From: Candidatus Omnitrophota bacterium
Lineage (GTDB): Bacteria > Omnitrophota > Gorgyraeia > JABMRN01 > RBG-13-46-9
Assembly: GCA_016782445.1 (NCBI GenBank)
Contig: JADHYM010000001.1
Span: forward strand, 10,212-74,211
Direction: 5' to 3'
DNA: 64,000 nt
Shown: positions 39,471 to 47,696 of the stretch, piece by piece
Layout: each line of letters starts with the position of its first letter
Position numbering within the stretch: the first letter of the stretch is position 1
Position numbers and translations under genes: made by a program
Notes under the pieces: model-generated
What the model was told of the DNA's origin: nothing
The model's database searches: none
The model's input: the letters and a program-made list of their open reading frames with translations, nothing else

Positions 39471-40429
39471 ATGCCCTTATTGAGGAATTTTTGTATGCTC
39501 TGGAGGTAAAGGAAGGCTTCTTTAGAGGAATCTGTTTCGGGAAATTCGTTTATTACTTCATTAAAATATATGGCGGCGCTCTTGTAGCGCTTTTGTCTCT
39601 GGTAAAAAAAGGCTGTCTTTAGAATGCTCTGAGCCTTCTTCTCTTTAAGCATTAAAAGCGTGTCTTCGGCGACTTCGGTTATGTCTCTATCCGTTCCGCT
39701 TGCAGCAAATTTGGAAAACTCGCGTATGGCCTCGTCCGTAAGATTTTGATCATATTCAGGCGAGCGGCTGGCAAGGTAAGTGCACTGCGCGAGTTCGTAC
39801 TGGGCGTAATCATACAGGTAACTCGAGGGGTATTCGTCCATGAGGCGCTGAAAAGCCTGTATCGCTTCCTGATACTGTTGAGCCTTCTTATAGCATTCGC
39901 CTATCATGTATTGCGCCTTATCAGCGTACGGCCCAAATGGCGCGTTTTCGCGCACTTTGGTAAATATCTCCACTGCCCAGTCGAGGTCCATCATGAGGTC
40001 CATGCCCATAAGGTTTCCTCGACTTTTTTTGAAGAAAAAGTCCCCCAGGTTGTATTCCCGCTCTATGATCTCGTCCACCCTCTGGGTGAACGGGTAAAGC
40101 TCCACTGTTTTCTGATAGTTTTTAAACGCCTGGTAATGGCGCTTGCCCATCTCGTATGAGAGCCCGGCGTAATACTGGGCTTCCGGTGCGAGGTCCGAAT
40201 TTTTAAAAGCAGCTGCCAGGCGCACAAATTCACCCGCCGCGCCCTTGTAGTCTTTTTCCTGAAAGAATTTCATGGCCCAGGCAAATTGCTCTTCAGGCGT
40301 ATCCTTTACGGCGTATTTCGGGTTTTCAATATTTTTCTCTCCGGGTGTCCATATCCAGAAGGCACTCGCGGCCGGGTGGAGGGATAGCACGAATATTACT
40401 GATATAAGGAGTAAAAAAAACTTTTTCAT
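39467..40429 (-). CDS. bamD: Outer membrane assembly TPR protein BamD-like
   Basis: Signal peptide, repeated TPRs (AQY..G..Y, YP.S), YDQ motif. Confidence 0.75.
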   Translation of the reverse strand: MKKFFLLLISVIFVLSLHPAASAFWIWTPGEKNIENPKYAVKDTPEEQFAWAMKFFQEKDYKGAAGEFVRLAAAFKNSDLAPEAQYYAGLSYEMGKRHYQAFKNYQKTVELYPFTQRVDEIIEREYNLGDFFFKKSRGNLMGMDLMMDLDWAVEIFTKVRENAPFGPYADKAQYMIGECYKKAQQYQEAIQAFQRLMDEYPSSYLYDYAQYELAQCTYLASRSPEYDQNLTDEAIREFSKFAASGTDRDITEVAEDTLLMLKEKKAQSILKTAFFYQRQKRYKSAAIYFNEVINEFPETDSSKEAFLYLQSIQKFLNKGI

Positions 40430-40456
40430 TTGTGGTATTTTGTGTTCAGGAGAGTC

Positions 40457-40485
40457 AATATAACATACGGGAAGTGCTTTGTCAA
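40457..40485 (-). promoter_or_regulatory. Sigma70-type promoter for bamD
   Basis: TTGACA-N17-TATATT. Confidence 0.65.
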
Positions 40486-40536
40486 GAGTGACACCGGTCC
40501 TTCGAGGAAGTCAGATATGGCTGCGCTCGGGCGTTT

Positions 40537-40896
40537 TTACGCCTGGGATTTTTCCGCATTAAGATCCACGAAATCCCTGAGGTGCCCTTTGTCCTCCCTG
40601 CTGATTTCCAGGAACTTATTTCCCACTTCGTAGTCGTCGCCTACAGGCAGTTTTTTTATCCACGCTATTTTTGAAACCGCGCGGATAGGCTTTGCCAAAG
40701 CCGGCAGATTAAGCTCGACTATCAAGCGACATGCCAGCGATATAAATCTGTCGCTTCTGAACCTAACGCCACCTTCCGATATGTTCTTCGAAACTGTCCC
40801 TCTGAAGTCATCGCCAAGGCCCTGTAATTCTTTATACTTCAAGGGGAAGTCTGTAGATACACGGGGTGCGCGTCTTTGTTCTTCGAATGTACCCAT
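40537..40896 (-). CDS. Single-domain PilZ protein
   Basis: QRRAPR (RxxxR) and NISEGG (D/NxSxxG) c-di-GMP motifs. Confidence 0.88.
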   Translation of the reverse strand: MGTFEEQRRAPRVSTDFPLKYKELQGLGDDFRGTVSKNISEGGVRFRSDRFISLACRLIVELNLPALAKPIRAVSKIAWIKKLPVGDDYEVGNKFLEISREDKGHLRDFVDLNAEKSQA

Positions 40897-40945
40897 TTTT
40901 ACCTTCCTCTTTTAGGGTGCCCTAATACCCTTTTGAATTGAGTTA

Positions 40946-40974
40946 ATTGTAACACGTAATATTTCATTTGTCAA
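40946..40974 (-). promoter_or_regulatory. Sigma70-type promoter for the PilZ gene
   Basis: TTGACA-N17-TACAAT. Confidence 0.65.
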
Positions 40975-40990
40975 GTTAAAAATAAAAAAG

Positions 40991-42502
40991 TTAGTTTTTC
41001 TTTCTTTTTCTTCCCGCTCCCCCGAAGATTAGTATTATACCCAATAGCATTATATAATAAGTTATTGCGTTTTTAGCATCCCATCCGTAAACATTAAAAT
41101 AGGCACAAGGAAGGTTACGCAAAAATTCTACTATTTTTACAAGTAAAAAAATGAAAAAAGTTGTGCTTCCCGCGAAAATAACTGCCATGTATTTGCAAAA
41201 AATACCCGGGATGAAAAATAAAATACCCGCTCCCATTATTACAAAAAGAAGAGGTATGATTAAGATGTTTGCTATTACTGTGACCGGGGCTATTATCCCG
41301 AAATAATAAGCAACAACCCCCAGGAGCCCGACCCACGCGGCAAAGGAAACGGAAATCGCGCCCTTCAGGTAAGCGGCTACTGTGCCGCTCTTCGCACCTC
41401 CGAGCAGCCGGTAAATTTTCGGCGATATATATACGATCGAAAGGACCGCCCCGTACGAAAGCACAAATCCTATTTCGAAAAGCTGGTTCGGATTGAAAAG
41501 AAGAATTAAGAGAGCGGAAATTCCGACAAGATTATATACGCTCGTTTTCCTTCCGAAAAGCCCGGAGAGAGATAAGATCGAGAACATCACTGTCGCCCGC
41601 AGTATTGACGGACGCGCGCCCGTCAGGACAGCGTAACAGGCAAGAAATAAAACCGATAAAATAATCGCTGCTTTCGGATTCACCTTCATCACTTTAAGCG
41701 CAAGCCGCAGAATAAAATATATTATTCCCACATGGAGGCCGCTTATCGCGAGAATATGAAAGGTGCCTGTTTTGGAAAGGGACTCTTTGAGGGGCTTCGG
41801 AAGATCGCCTCTTTTTCCGAGAAAAAGCGCCTCTACTACGCCGCTATATGGCCGGTTGAAAAATACACGTACGCGCGCGCCAAGCTTTTCGCGAACAATG
41901 TAAATAAACCTCACGAATTTGGCCGGGGAGCTTCTCACTTCGCCTATTTTCTTGACGGATTCCTTTTTTAAAGAAAGTATCGCGTATATTTTTTTATTGG
42001 CGAGAAACTTGCGGTAGTCAGACTTTCCCAAAGGGTACCTTGGTATTTCGCGCAATGTACCTTCAACGCGCAGAATGTCCCCGTAGCGATACGCGTTTTT
42101 TTCGCTACCGCGTATCCGCACGAGCATTTTTCCGCAAACTTGTTTTTCCCCCTGCCCCGGCAGGATTAACGTTTTCCCTTCCGCTTTAAGCCCGCTTCCG
42201 TCCAGCGGGTCACTCGCTATTTCAACCTCAAGAATCACTTTTCGTCCCACAAGATTTTTTATATGGTTTTTCGGAGTTGCGTTGAACGCGTCATACCGCA
42301 TCGTTCCGAGAACCGCGAAAAGCGCGAAAAGCGAGATTATAAAAAGAGGTTCTTTTCTGACGGAGGCAAGAAGCATGATAAAGAAAATAAACCCCAGAAA
42401 CAAAAGGATTAAAGGCCTGTCTTTAAGAAATTCCGCGCTTTTCCCTATTATTTCTCCCAGGGCAAAAAATACGGCTACATATAAAAGATAGACTTTTTTC
42501 AT
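40991..42502 (-). CDS. comEC: Competence DNA-uptake channel ComEC (no C-terminal MBL domain)
   Basis: HILAISGLH, PSILRA and GFVLSY motifs; OB domain. Confidence 0.9.
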   Translation of the reverse strand: MKKVYLLYVAVFFALGEIIGKSAEFLKDRPLILLFLGFIFFIMLLASVRKEPLFIISLFALFAVLGTMRYDAFNATPKNHIKNLVGRKVILEVEIASDPLDGSGLKAEGKTLILPGQGEKQVCGKMLVRIRGSEKNAYRYGDILRVEGTLREIPRYPLGKSDYRKFLANKKIYAILSLKKESVKKIGEVRSSPAKFVRFIYIVREKLGARVRVFFNRPYSGVVEALFLGKRGDLPKPLKESLSKTGTFHILAISGLHVGIIYFILRLALKVMKVNPKAAIILSVLFLACYAVLTGARPSILRATVMFSILSLSGLFGRKTSVYNLVGISALLILLFNPNQLFEIGFVLSYGAVLSIVYISPKIYRLLGGAKSGTVAAYLKGAISVSFAAWVGLLGVVAYYFGIIAPVTVIANILIIPLLFVIMGAGILFFIPGIFCKYMAVIFAGSTTFFIFLLVKIVEFLRNLPCAYFNVYGWDAKNAITYYIMLLGIILIFGGAGRKRKKN

Positions 42503-42834
42503 TCTAGGGTTATGCGTTTTTTTATGAGGCGGTAGGTATGTTCGCCGATGCCTTTTACGCGCTTTACGTCTTCCGCGCTTTGGAACGGACCGTTTTCTTC
42601 TCTGTAGAGAACTATGCGCTCGGCAAGTACCGGCCCTATTCGCTTAAGCGATATGAGCTCTCTTATCGAGGCGGCATTTATGTTCACTTGTTTTTGCTCT
42701 TCGGGGATGTTTTTTATGGCAAAGATTTCGAACGCGGAGCTTTGAGCGCGCTTATAATAAAAAAATCCCGCTCCTACGAGCGAGCAGGCTATGATAAAAA
42801 TTATAGCGAGTTTTTCTTCCTTTGTAAAAAGCAT
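42499..42834 (-). CDS. comEA: ComEA-like HhH DNA-binding protein
   Basis: VNINAA, IGPVLA and VKGIG helix-hairpin-helix motifs; N-terminal TM. Confidence 0.88.
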   Translation of the reverse strand: MLFTKEEKLAIIFIIACSLVGAGFFYYKRAQSSAFEIFAIKNIPEEQKQVNINAASIRELISLKRIGPVLAERIVLYREENGPFQSAEDVKRVKGIGEHTYRLIKKRITLE

Positions 42835-42838
42835 CTTT

Positions 42839-45340
42839 TTAGGAGAGTACTATATTGACGAGTTTATCCGGAACGACGATCCACTTCTTTATGTCCCGGC
42901 CGGCCAGGTGGCTTTTGATTTTTTCGTCTGCTAGGATTTTTTCTTTCAGTTCTTCGGCGACGAGGCCCCTGGGTATCTCCATCTTCGAGCGGAGCTTGCC
43001 GTTTATCTGGACGGGAAGCGTTATGTTTTCCGCGAGAACGAGCTTCGCGTCGTATGAGGGCCATTCTTTTTTTAGTATACTTTCTTTCCCGCCAAGCTTT
43101 TCCCACAACTCCTCGCATATGTGCGGCACAAGAGGAGAAAGCAATACGATGACAGTTTTAACCGCCTGTTCGATGGTTTCGCGCGAAGAGGATTTTTTAT
43201 CCTCTGCAAGGTATACCTCGTTCACAAGCTCCATTATCGCGCTTATCGATGTATTGAAATGAAATCCTTTTTCGATATCGTCTGTCACTTTCTTTATAGT
43301 CTGGTGGGTCTTCCGTTTAAGCTTTTCGTCGTTCACCGTTCCTCGTTCCTCGTCTGTCGTCTGTCGTCTGTCGTCTGTCGTCTGTTTCGCCATCCTCCAA
43401 ACCCTCCCGAGAAACCTGTACGCTCCCTCGACCCCCCTGTCAGACCATTCAGCGTCCTTCTCCGGAGGCCCTATGAAAAGCGTATAGAGCCTTATGGTAT
43501 CTGCCCCGAACTTTTTTATAAGCTCATCCGGGCTCACTGTATTTCCTTTTGATTTTGACATCTTGGCGCCATTTTTTATTATCATTCCCTGGGTAAAAAG
43601 ATTTTTGAACGGCTCGTCAAAACCTATAAGTCCCATCTCATTTAAGACCTTCACTATGAACCGCGAATATAATAGATGCAGTATCGCGTGCTCAACGCCT
43701 CCTATATACTGGTCAACCGGAAGCCACCTGTCAACATCCTCTTTTTCGAACGGCTTATTTTCAAGCTTTGCGGATATGTAACGCAAAAAATACCAGCTAG
43801 AATCAACGAACGTGTCCATGGTGTCGATTTCGCGGCGTGCCTCTGCCTTGCACTTTGGACACTTAGTATCTACAAATTTCTTCGAGGTTTTTAAAGGGCT
43901 CTCGCCTTTTCCGCCCAAGGCGGACCTGCCTAGGGCAGGAGCGCCAAATTTCACGTCTTCCGGCAGAATTACAGGCAAATCTTTTTCCGGCACGGCTACT
44001 ATGCCGCATTTCTCGCAATATACCACCGGTATGGGCGCACCCCAGTATCTCTGCCGGGATATGAGCCAGTCCCTAAGTTTGTACTCGGTGGCCTTTTTGC
44101 CGATTTTTTTCTCCTCCATCCAGTCTGTTATTTTTCCAATCGCCTCTCTGTTTTCAAGCCCGTCAAACTGCGCCGAGTTCACCATTATCCCGTCATCTTC
44201 GTACGCTTTCCCCGGTTCTTCTGACCTCTGACCTCTGACTTCTGACTTCTGAATCACTGTCTCTATAGGTAGCTTGTACTTAGCCGCGAATTCGTAGTCT
44301 CTCTGATCGTGAGCCGGAACAGCCATGACAGCGCCTGTCCCGTACTCCATGAGAACGTAATTCGCCACCCAGAGGGGAATTTTTCTTTTCGTTACCGGGT
44401 TAATAGCGTACCGGCCGGTGAATATTCCAACCTTTTCTGCGTCGGCCTGTACACGCATTATTTTGGATTCCGTGCGCATTTTTTCGACGGCTACCATGAT
44501 TTTTGATTTTTCTTTTACGCCATCCAGGAGCTCTTCGAGATGCGGGTGCTCCGGCGCTATGACCATGTACGTGGCGCCGAAAATAGTGTCCACTCGAGTC
44601 GTAAAACAGGCTAATGTTTCCTCAGAACCCACAACCGGAAAATAAATTCTCACGCCCTCAGAGCGGCCTATCCAGTTAGCCTGCATTATCTTGACCCTTT
44701 CGGGCCAGTTCTCGAGCGACTTCAAGTCGCCTAAGAGGCGCTCTGCGTAATCAGTTATTCTAAAAAACCACTGTTCGAGGTCTTTTTGCGAAACAGCTGT
44801 CTCGCACCGTTCGCATTTTCCCTCTATTACCTGCTCGTTGGCGAGCACAGTATTGCAGGAAGAACACCAGTTGACAAACGCCTTTTTCCGGTAAGCAAGG
44901 CCCTTTTCAAGGAGTTTAAGAAATATCCACTGCGTCCATTTGTAATAATCAGCCAGGCATGAGGCAACCTCGCACGACCAGTCATAGCACACGCCCCAGC
45001 TCTTAAGCTGTTCTTTCATCCGTTTTATGTTAGCCAGAGTATATTTTTTAGGGTGGGTTTTATTTTTTATGGCAGCGTTCTCAGCCGGGAGCCCGAAAGC
45101 GTCCCAGCCCATGGGCGTAAGGACATTAAACCCGCGCATTTTCTTGTAGCGCGCGACGACATCACCTATTATGTAATTGCGGCCGTGCCCGACGTGAAGC
45201 GCTGCCGACGGGTAAGGGAACATGACCAGGCAGTAGAACTTTTTCTCAAAGTCCTTTATATCGGCCTTAAAAAGCTTTTTTTTAGACCAATATTCCTGCC
45301 ACTTCGGCTCAATCTTATCGAACGGGTATGATTTTTCCAT
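42839..45340 (-). CDS. leuS: Leucyl-tRNA synthetase with three repeat-derived in-frame insertions
   Basis: MFPYPS..LHVGH, SRQRYWG, GGVEHA and KMSKS motifs. Confidence 0.97.
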   Translation of the reverse strand: MEKSYPFDKIEPKWQEYWSKKKLFKADIKDFEKKFYCLVMFPYPSAALHVGHGRNYIIGDVVARYKKMRGFNVLTPMGWDAFGLPAENAAIKNKTHPKKYTLANIKRMKEQLKSWGVCYDWSCEVASCLADYYKWTQWIFLKLLEKGLAYRKKAFVNWCSSCNTVLANEQVIEGKCERCETAVSQKDLEQWFFRITDYAERLLGDLKSLENWPERVKIMQANWIGRSEGVRIYFPVVGSEETLACFTTRVDTIFGATYMVIAPEHPHLEELLDGVKEKSKIMVAVEKMRTESKIMRVQADAEKVGIFTGRYAINPVTKRKIPLWVANYVLMEYGTGAVMAVPAHDQRDYEFAAKYKLPIETVIQKSEVRGQRSEEPGKAYEDDGIMVNSAQFDGLENREAIGKITDWMEEKKIGKKATEYKLRDWLISRQRYWGAPIPVVYCEKCGIVAVPEKDLPVILPEDVKFGAPALGRSALGGKGESPLKTSKKFVDTKCPKCKAEARREIDTMDTFVDSSWYFLRYISAKLENKPFEKEDVDRWLPVDQYIGGVEHAILHLLYSRFIVKVLNEMGLIGFDEPFKNLFTQGMIIKNGAKMSKSKGNTVSPDELIKKFGADTIRLYTLFIGPPEKDAEWSDRGVEGAYRFLGRVWRMAKQTTDDRRQTTDEERGTVNDEKLKRKTHQTIKKVTDDIEKGFHFNTSISAIMELVNEVYLAEDKKSSSRETIEQAVKTVIVLLSPLVPHICEELWEKLGGKESILKKEWPSYDAKLVLAENITLPVQINGKLRSKMEIPRGLVAEELKEKILADEKIKSHLAGRDIKKWIVVPDKLVNIVLS

Positions 45341-45462
45341 AAATGAGTCGTAAGGTCCTTCGTAATACGAATCGTTTCGTAAGGTCCTTCCGCAATGGCA
45401 AACGCTCCCTTGGGTCGCGTTTTTTTCATTGCTTCAGGATCACTTTTGCTTCGCAAAAGTGA

Positions 45463-45594
45463 AGCCGGCGGGAATCGACTACTACGCCCCGCAGATGCGG
45501 GCCTGCGTAGTCTCCCCTCGCTCGCTTTCGGCCGGTCTTCGGCTTACGGCCTTTTCCTCCCTATGGTCGGCGCTCGCTCGCTTCGATTCCCGCC
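45463..45594. repeat. tRNA-Ala-linked element bounded by direct and inverted copies of the T-arm
   Basis: agccggcgggaatcga (45463-45478) is identical to tRNA 45617-45632; inverted ttcgattcccgcc at 45582-45594. Confidence 0.75.
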
Positions 45595-45613
45595 AAGGAG
45601 AACCTGTATCAAG

Positions 45614-45684
45614 TGGAGCCGGCGGGAATCGAACCCGCGATACCAGACTGCCAGTCTGGTGTGATCCCGCTTCACCACGGCCCC
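45614..45684 (-). tRNA. tRNA-Ala(GGC), CCA not encoded
   Basis: Cloverleaf GGGGCCG/CGGCTCC with G3-U70, anticodon loop CT-GGC-AG, TTCGATT T-loop, discriminator A. Confidence 0.92.
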
Positions 45685-45773
45685 TTTTTCTATGTATAGA
45701 TTATATATTAATTTTAATCTGCATACAACCAATTTTGTAAAATTAGGAATTATAACATTCTGGCCTCAAAAAC

Positions 45774-45801
45774 TTGCACATTTAGCTTGAGATGATATAA
45801 T
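45774..45801 (+). promoter_or_regulatory. Promoter for tRNA-Leu
   Basis: TTGCAC-N16-TATAAT with extended TGn -10. Confidence 0.65.
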
Positions 45802-45818
45802 ATATTTATGTATATTTT

Positions 45819-45905
45819 GCCAGAGTGATGGAATTGGCATACATGATGGTCTCAAAAACCATTGGTCGCAAGACCTTGTGGGTTCGAATCCCACCTCTGG
45901 CACCA
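45819..45905 (+). tRNA. tRNA-Leu(CAA)
   Basis: GCCAGAG/CTCTGGC acceptor stem, anticodon loop CT-CAA-AA, long variable arm (GGTC-GCAA-GACC), TTCGAAT T-loop, ACCA end. Confidence 0.95.
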
Positions 45906-45930
45906 TAACGAATTAATCAAATATGACAAA

Positions 45931-46599
45931 ATGGGGTTTTGGAATACAAATATAGCATATGCCGTTGGGCTCCTAACCACTGATGGTAATATCTCAAATG
46001 ATAAGAGGCACATCTGGTTAACCTCTACTGATAAACAGTTATTATATACCTTTCGGGATTGCCTTAAAATAAAAAACCGTATATGCATAAATCCGCCGGG
46101 AAGTTACTCTCGAAAAATATGTTATAGAATTTCCTTTTGTAACATAAAATTTTACAATTGGCTATTAAAAATAGGACTAAAACCAAATAAAACTTTTTCT
46201 TTGGCATCTTTGAAAATACCTAAGAAATATTTTTTTGACTTTTTGAGAGGGCATATCGATGGAGATGGTTCAGTAATATATTACGTTGATAAGCATAATA
46301 AATACAAAGGAAAAACTTACGTTTATGATAGGTTATGGATTACATTGCGTTCCGGCAGTCTAAAACACATAAAATGGATACGAAAATGTATAAGAAAAAA
46401 GCTGCATATGAAAGGCAGTTTAAGCGGGTGGAAAGATAAAAAAAATAAAGCAAAGAAAATGTTATGGTCTTTAAAATTCTATAGAAACGACTCATTGGTG
46501 CTTATTGATCATCTATACTATAGATCTAATTTACCATGCCTTTACCGAAAAAGAAAAATCGCAGAAAACTACATTAAGAAAATAGGCAAAATAAATTAG
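45931..46599 (+). CDS. Free-standing two-motif LAGLIDADG homing-endonuclease-like protein
   Basis: AYAVGLLTTDG and FLRGHIDGDGS motifs, GL.PNKT, YRKR tail; AT-rich. Confidence 0.85.
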   Translation: MGFWNTNIAYAVGLLTTDGNISNDKRHIWLTSTDKQLLYTFRDCLKIKNRICINPPGSYSRKICYRISFCNIKFYNWLLKIGLKPNKTFSLASLKIPKKYFFDFLRGHIDGDGSVIYYVDKHNKYKGKTYVYDRLWITLRSGSLKHIKWIRKCIRKKLHMKGSLSGWKDKKNKAKKMLWSLKFYRNDSLVLIDHLYYRSNLPCLYRKRKIAENYIKKIGKIN

Positions 46600-46600
46600 C

Positions 46601-47695
46601 TTACTCGAAATGCCAGAAACCGGGATTGTCTGAAAAGGACCTCTGAAAAGCCCTGATAACACGCGGATCGAACTGCGTTCCGGAACTTCGTACTATCTCA
46701 AGGGCAGCCTCTTTGGCAGTATACGCTTTCTGGTACGGGCGGTTCGTGGTTAGCGTATCGAACGCGTCTACCACTGCTATTATCCTTCCTTCGAGGGAAA
46801 TCTTATTTCCGCTCATCTTTTTTGGATATCCGGTGCCATCGAAACGCTCGTGGTGCTCCAGCATGCCGTTTAATATATTTTTCGATTCCACTACCGCCTT
46901 TACTATGTTGTACCCTATGGCCGGGTGTTTACGCATTTTTTGAAGTTCGTCAGCATCGAGGGCGGACTTTTTTGAAAGAATGCTGTCGCTTATGCCTATC
47001 TTTCCTATATCATGGAGTATGGAAGCAAAGTTCAGATCCTCCAGGAATTGTTCAGGCTCCCGCATCTCGCGCGCTATCTCGAGGGCATATTTTGACACGC
47101 GCTCTGAATGGCCGTGCGTGTAGGGATCCTTGGCGTCTACGGCGGCGGCAAGGCTTAAAATCGTATTTAAAAAAAGTGCTTTAGTGTTACCGTAAAGCCT
47201 GGCATTTAAAAGCGCGATTGCCACGTGATTTGCAAGCGCATAAAGAAGTTTTTTATCCGCCTCCGTAAAACGGGTTTTTCTGCTTTTATGGTCGCTTACG
47301 AGAAGTACCCCTATAATTTTTGAGCCGGTTTTAAGCGGGACGGCTATAAAAGAGCCTATGGGAATTTTTTCTTTTGAAAATGGTATTTTTTTTCGCTTGA
47401 AGCGCGCATCTTTTGCTATGTCATTTACAAGAAGCGCCTTGCCCTTCCTGGCAAGCTCCACATTAATCCTCTCCCATCCGGCAAGCACCTTCAGGTTCGC
47501 CAGCTGATTATTCGTAAACCCCTTGGCACCTATGAGGATAAGGTGGTGCGCTTCTTTATCCAGCAAGAAAAGCGCGCTGAAATCAGTATCGAGGAACTTT
47601 TTTGCTTCTTTTAAAATAATATTGCTTACTGTTACAAGCTCGAGGCTTGAGCTTACCTTACGGCTTACCTTTAAAAGCGTTTCAAGAACAGTCAT
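46601..47695 (-). CDS. GAF + HD-GYP cyclic-dinucleotide phosphodiesterase
   Basis: GAF (AVPL, F...D..LL..LA), KDPYTHGHSERV, LHDIGK and HHERFDGTGYP motifs. Confidence 0.92.
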   Translation of the reverse strand: MTVLETLLKVSRKVSSSLELVTVSNIILKEAKKFLDTDFSALFLLDKEAHHLILIGAKGFTNNQLANLKVLAGWERINVELARKGKALLVNDIAKDARFKRKKIPFSKEKIPIGSFIAVPLKTGSKIIGVLLVSDHKSRKTRFTEADKKLLYALANHVAIALLNARLYGNTKALFLNTILSLAAAVDAKDPYTHGHSERVSKYALEIAREMREPEQFLEDLNFASILHDIGKIGISDSILSKKSALDADELQKMRKHPAIGYNIVKAVVESKNILNGMLEHHERFDGTGYPKKMSGNKISLEGRIIAVVDAFDTLTTNRPYQKAYTAKEAALEIVRSSGTQFDPRVIRAFQRSFSDNPGFWHFE

Positions 47696-47696
47696 G

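Noticed and set aside
45341-45460. T-box riboswitch upstream of leuS
   Set aside because: No recognisable T-box consensus (AGGGTGGNACCGCG) or specifier stem on the minus strand.
45614-45684. Possible tmRNA (Ala-type acceptor, G3-U70)
   Set aside because: It folds as a complete 71-nt cloverleaf with a GGC anticodon arm, leaving no room for an mRNA-like domain.
45862-45930. Longer N-terminus of the LAGLIDADG ORF
   Set aside because: It overlaps the tRNA-Leu gene; ATG 45931 is the plausible start.
45819-46599. Group I intron within tRNA-Leu
   Set aside because: The tRNA is uninterrupted and ends in CCA before the ORF; no second exon was seen.
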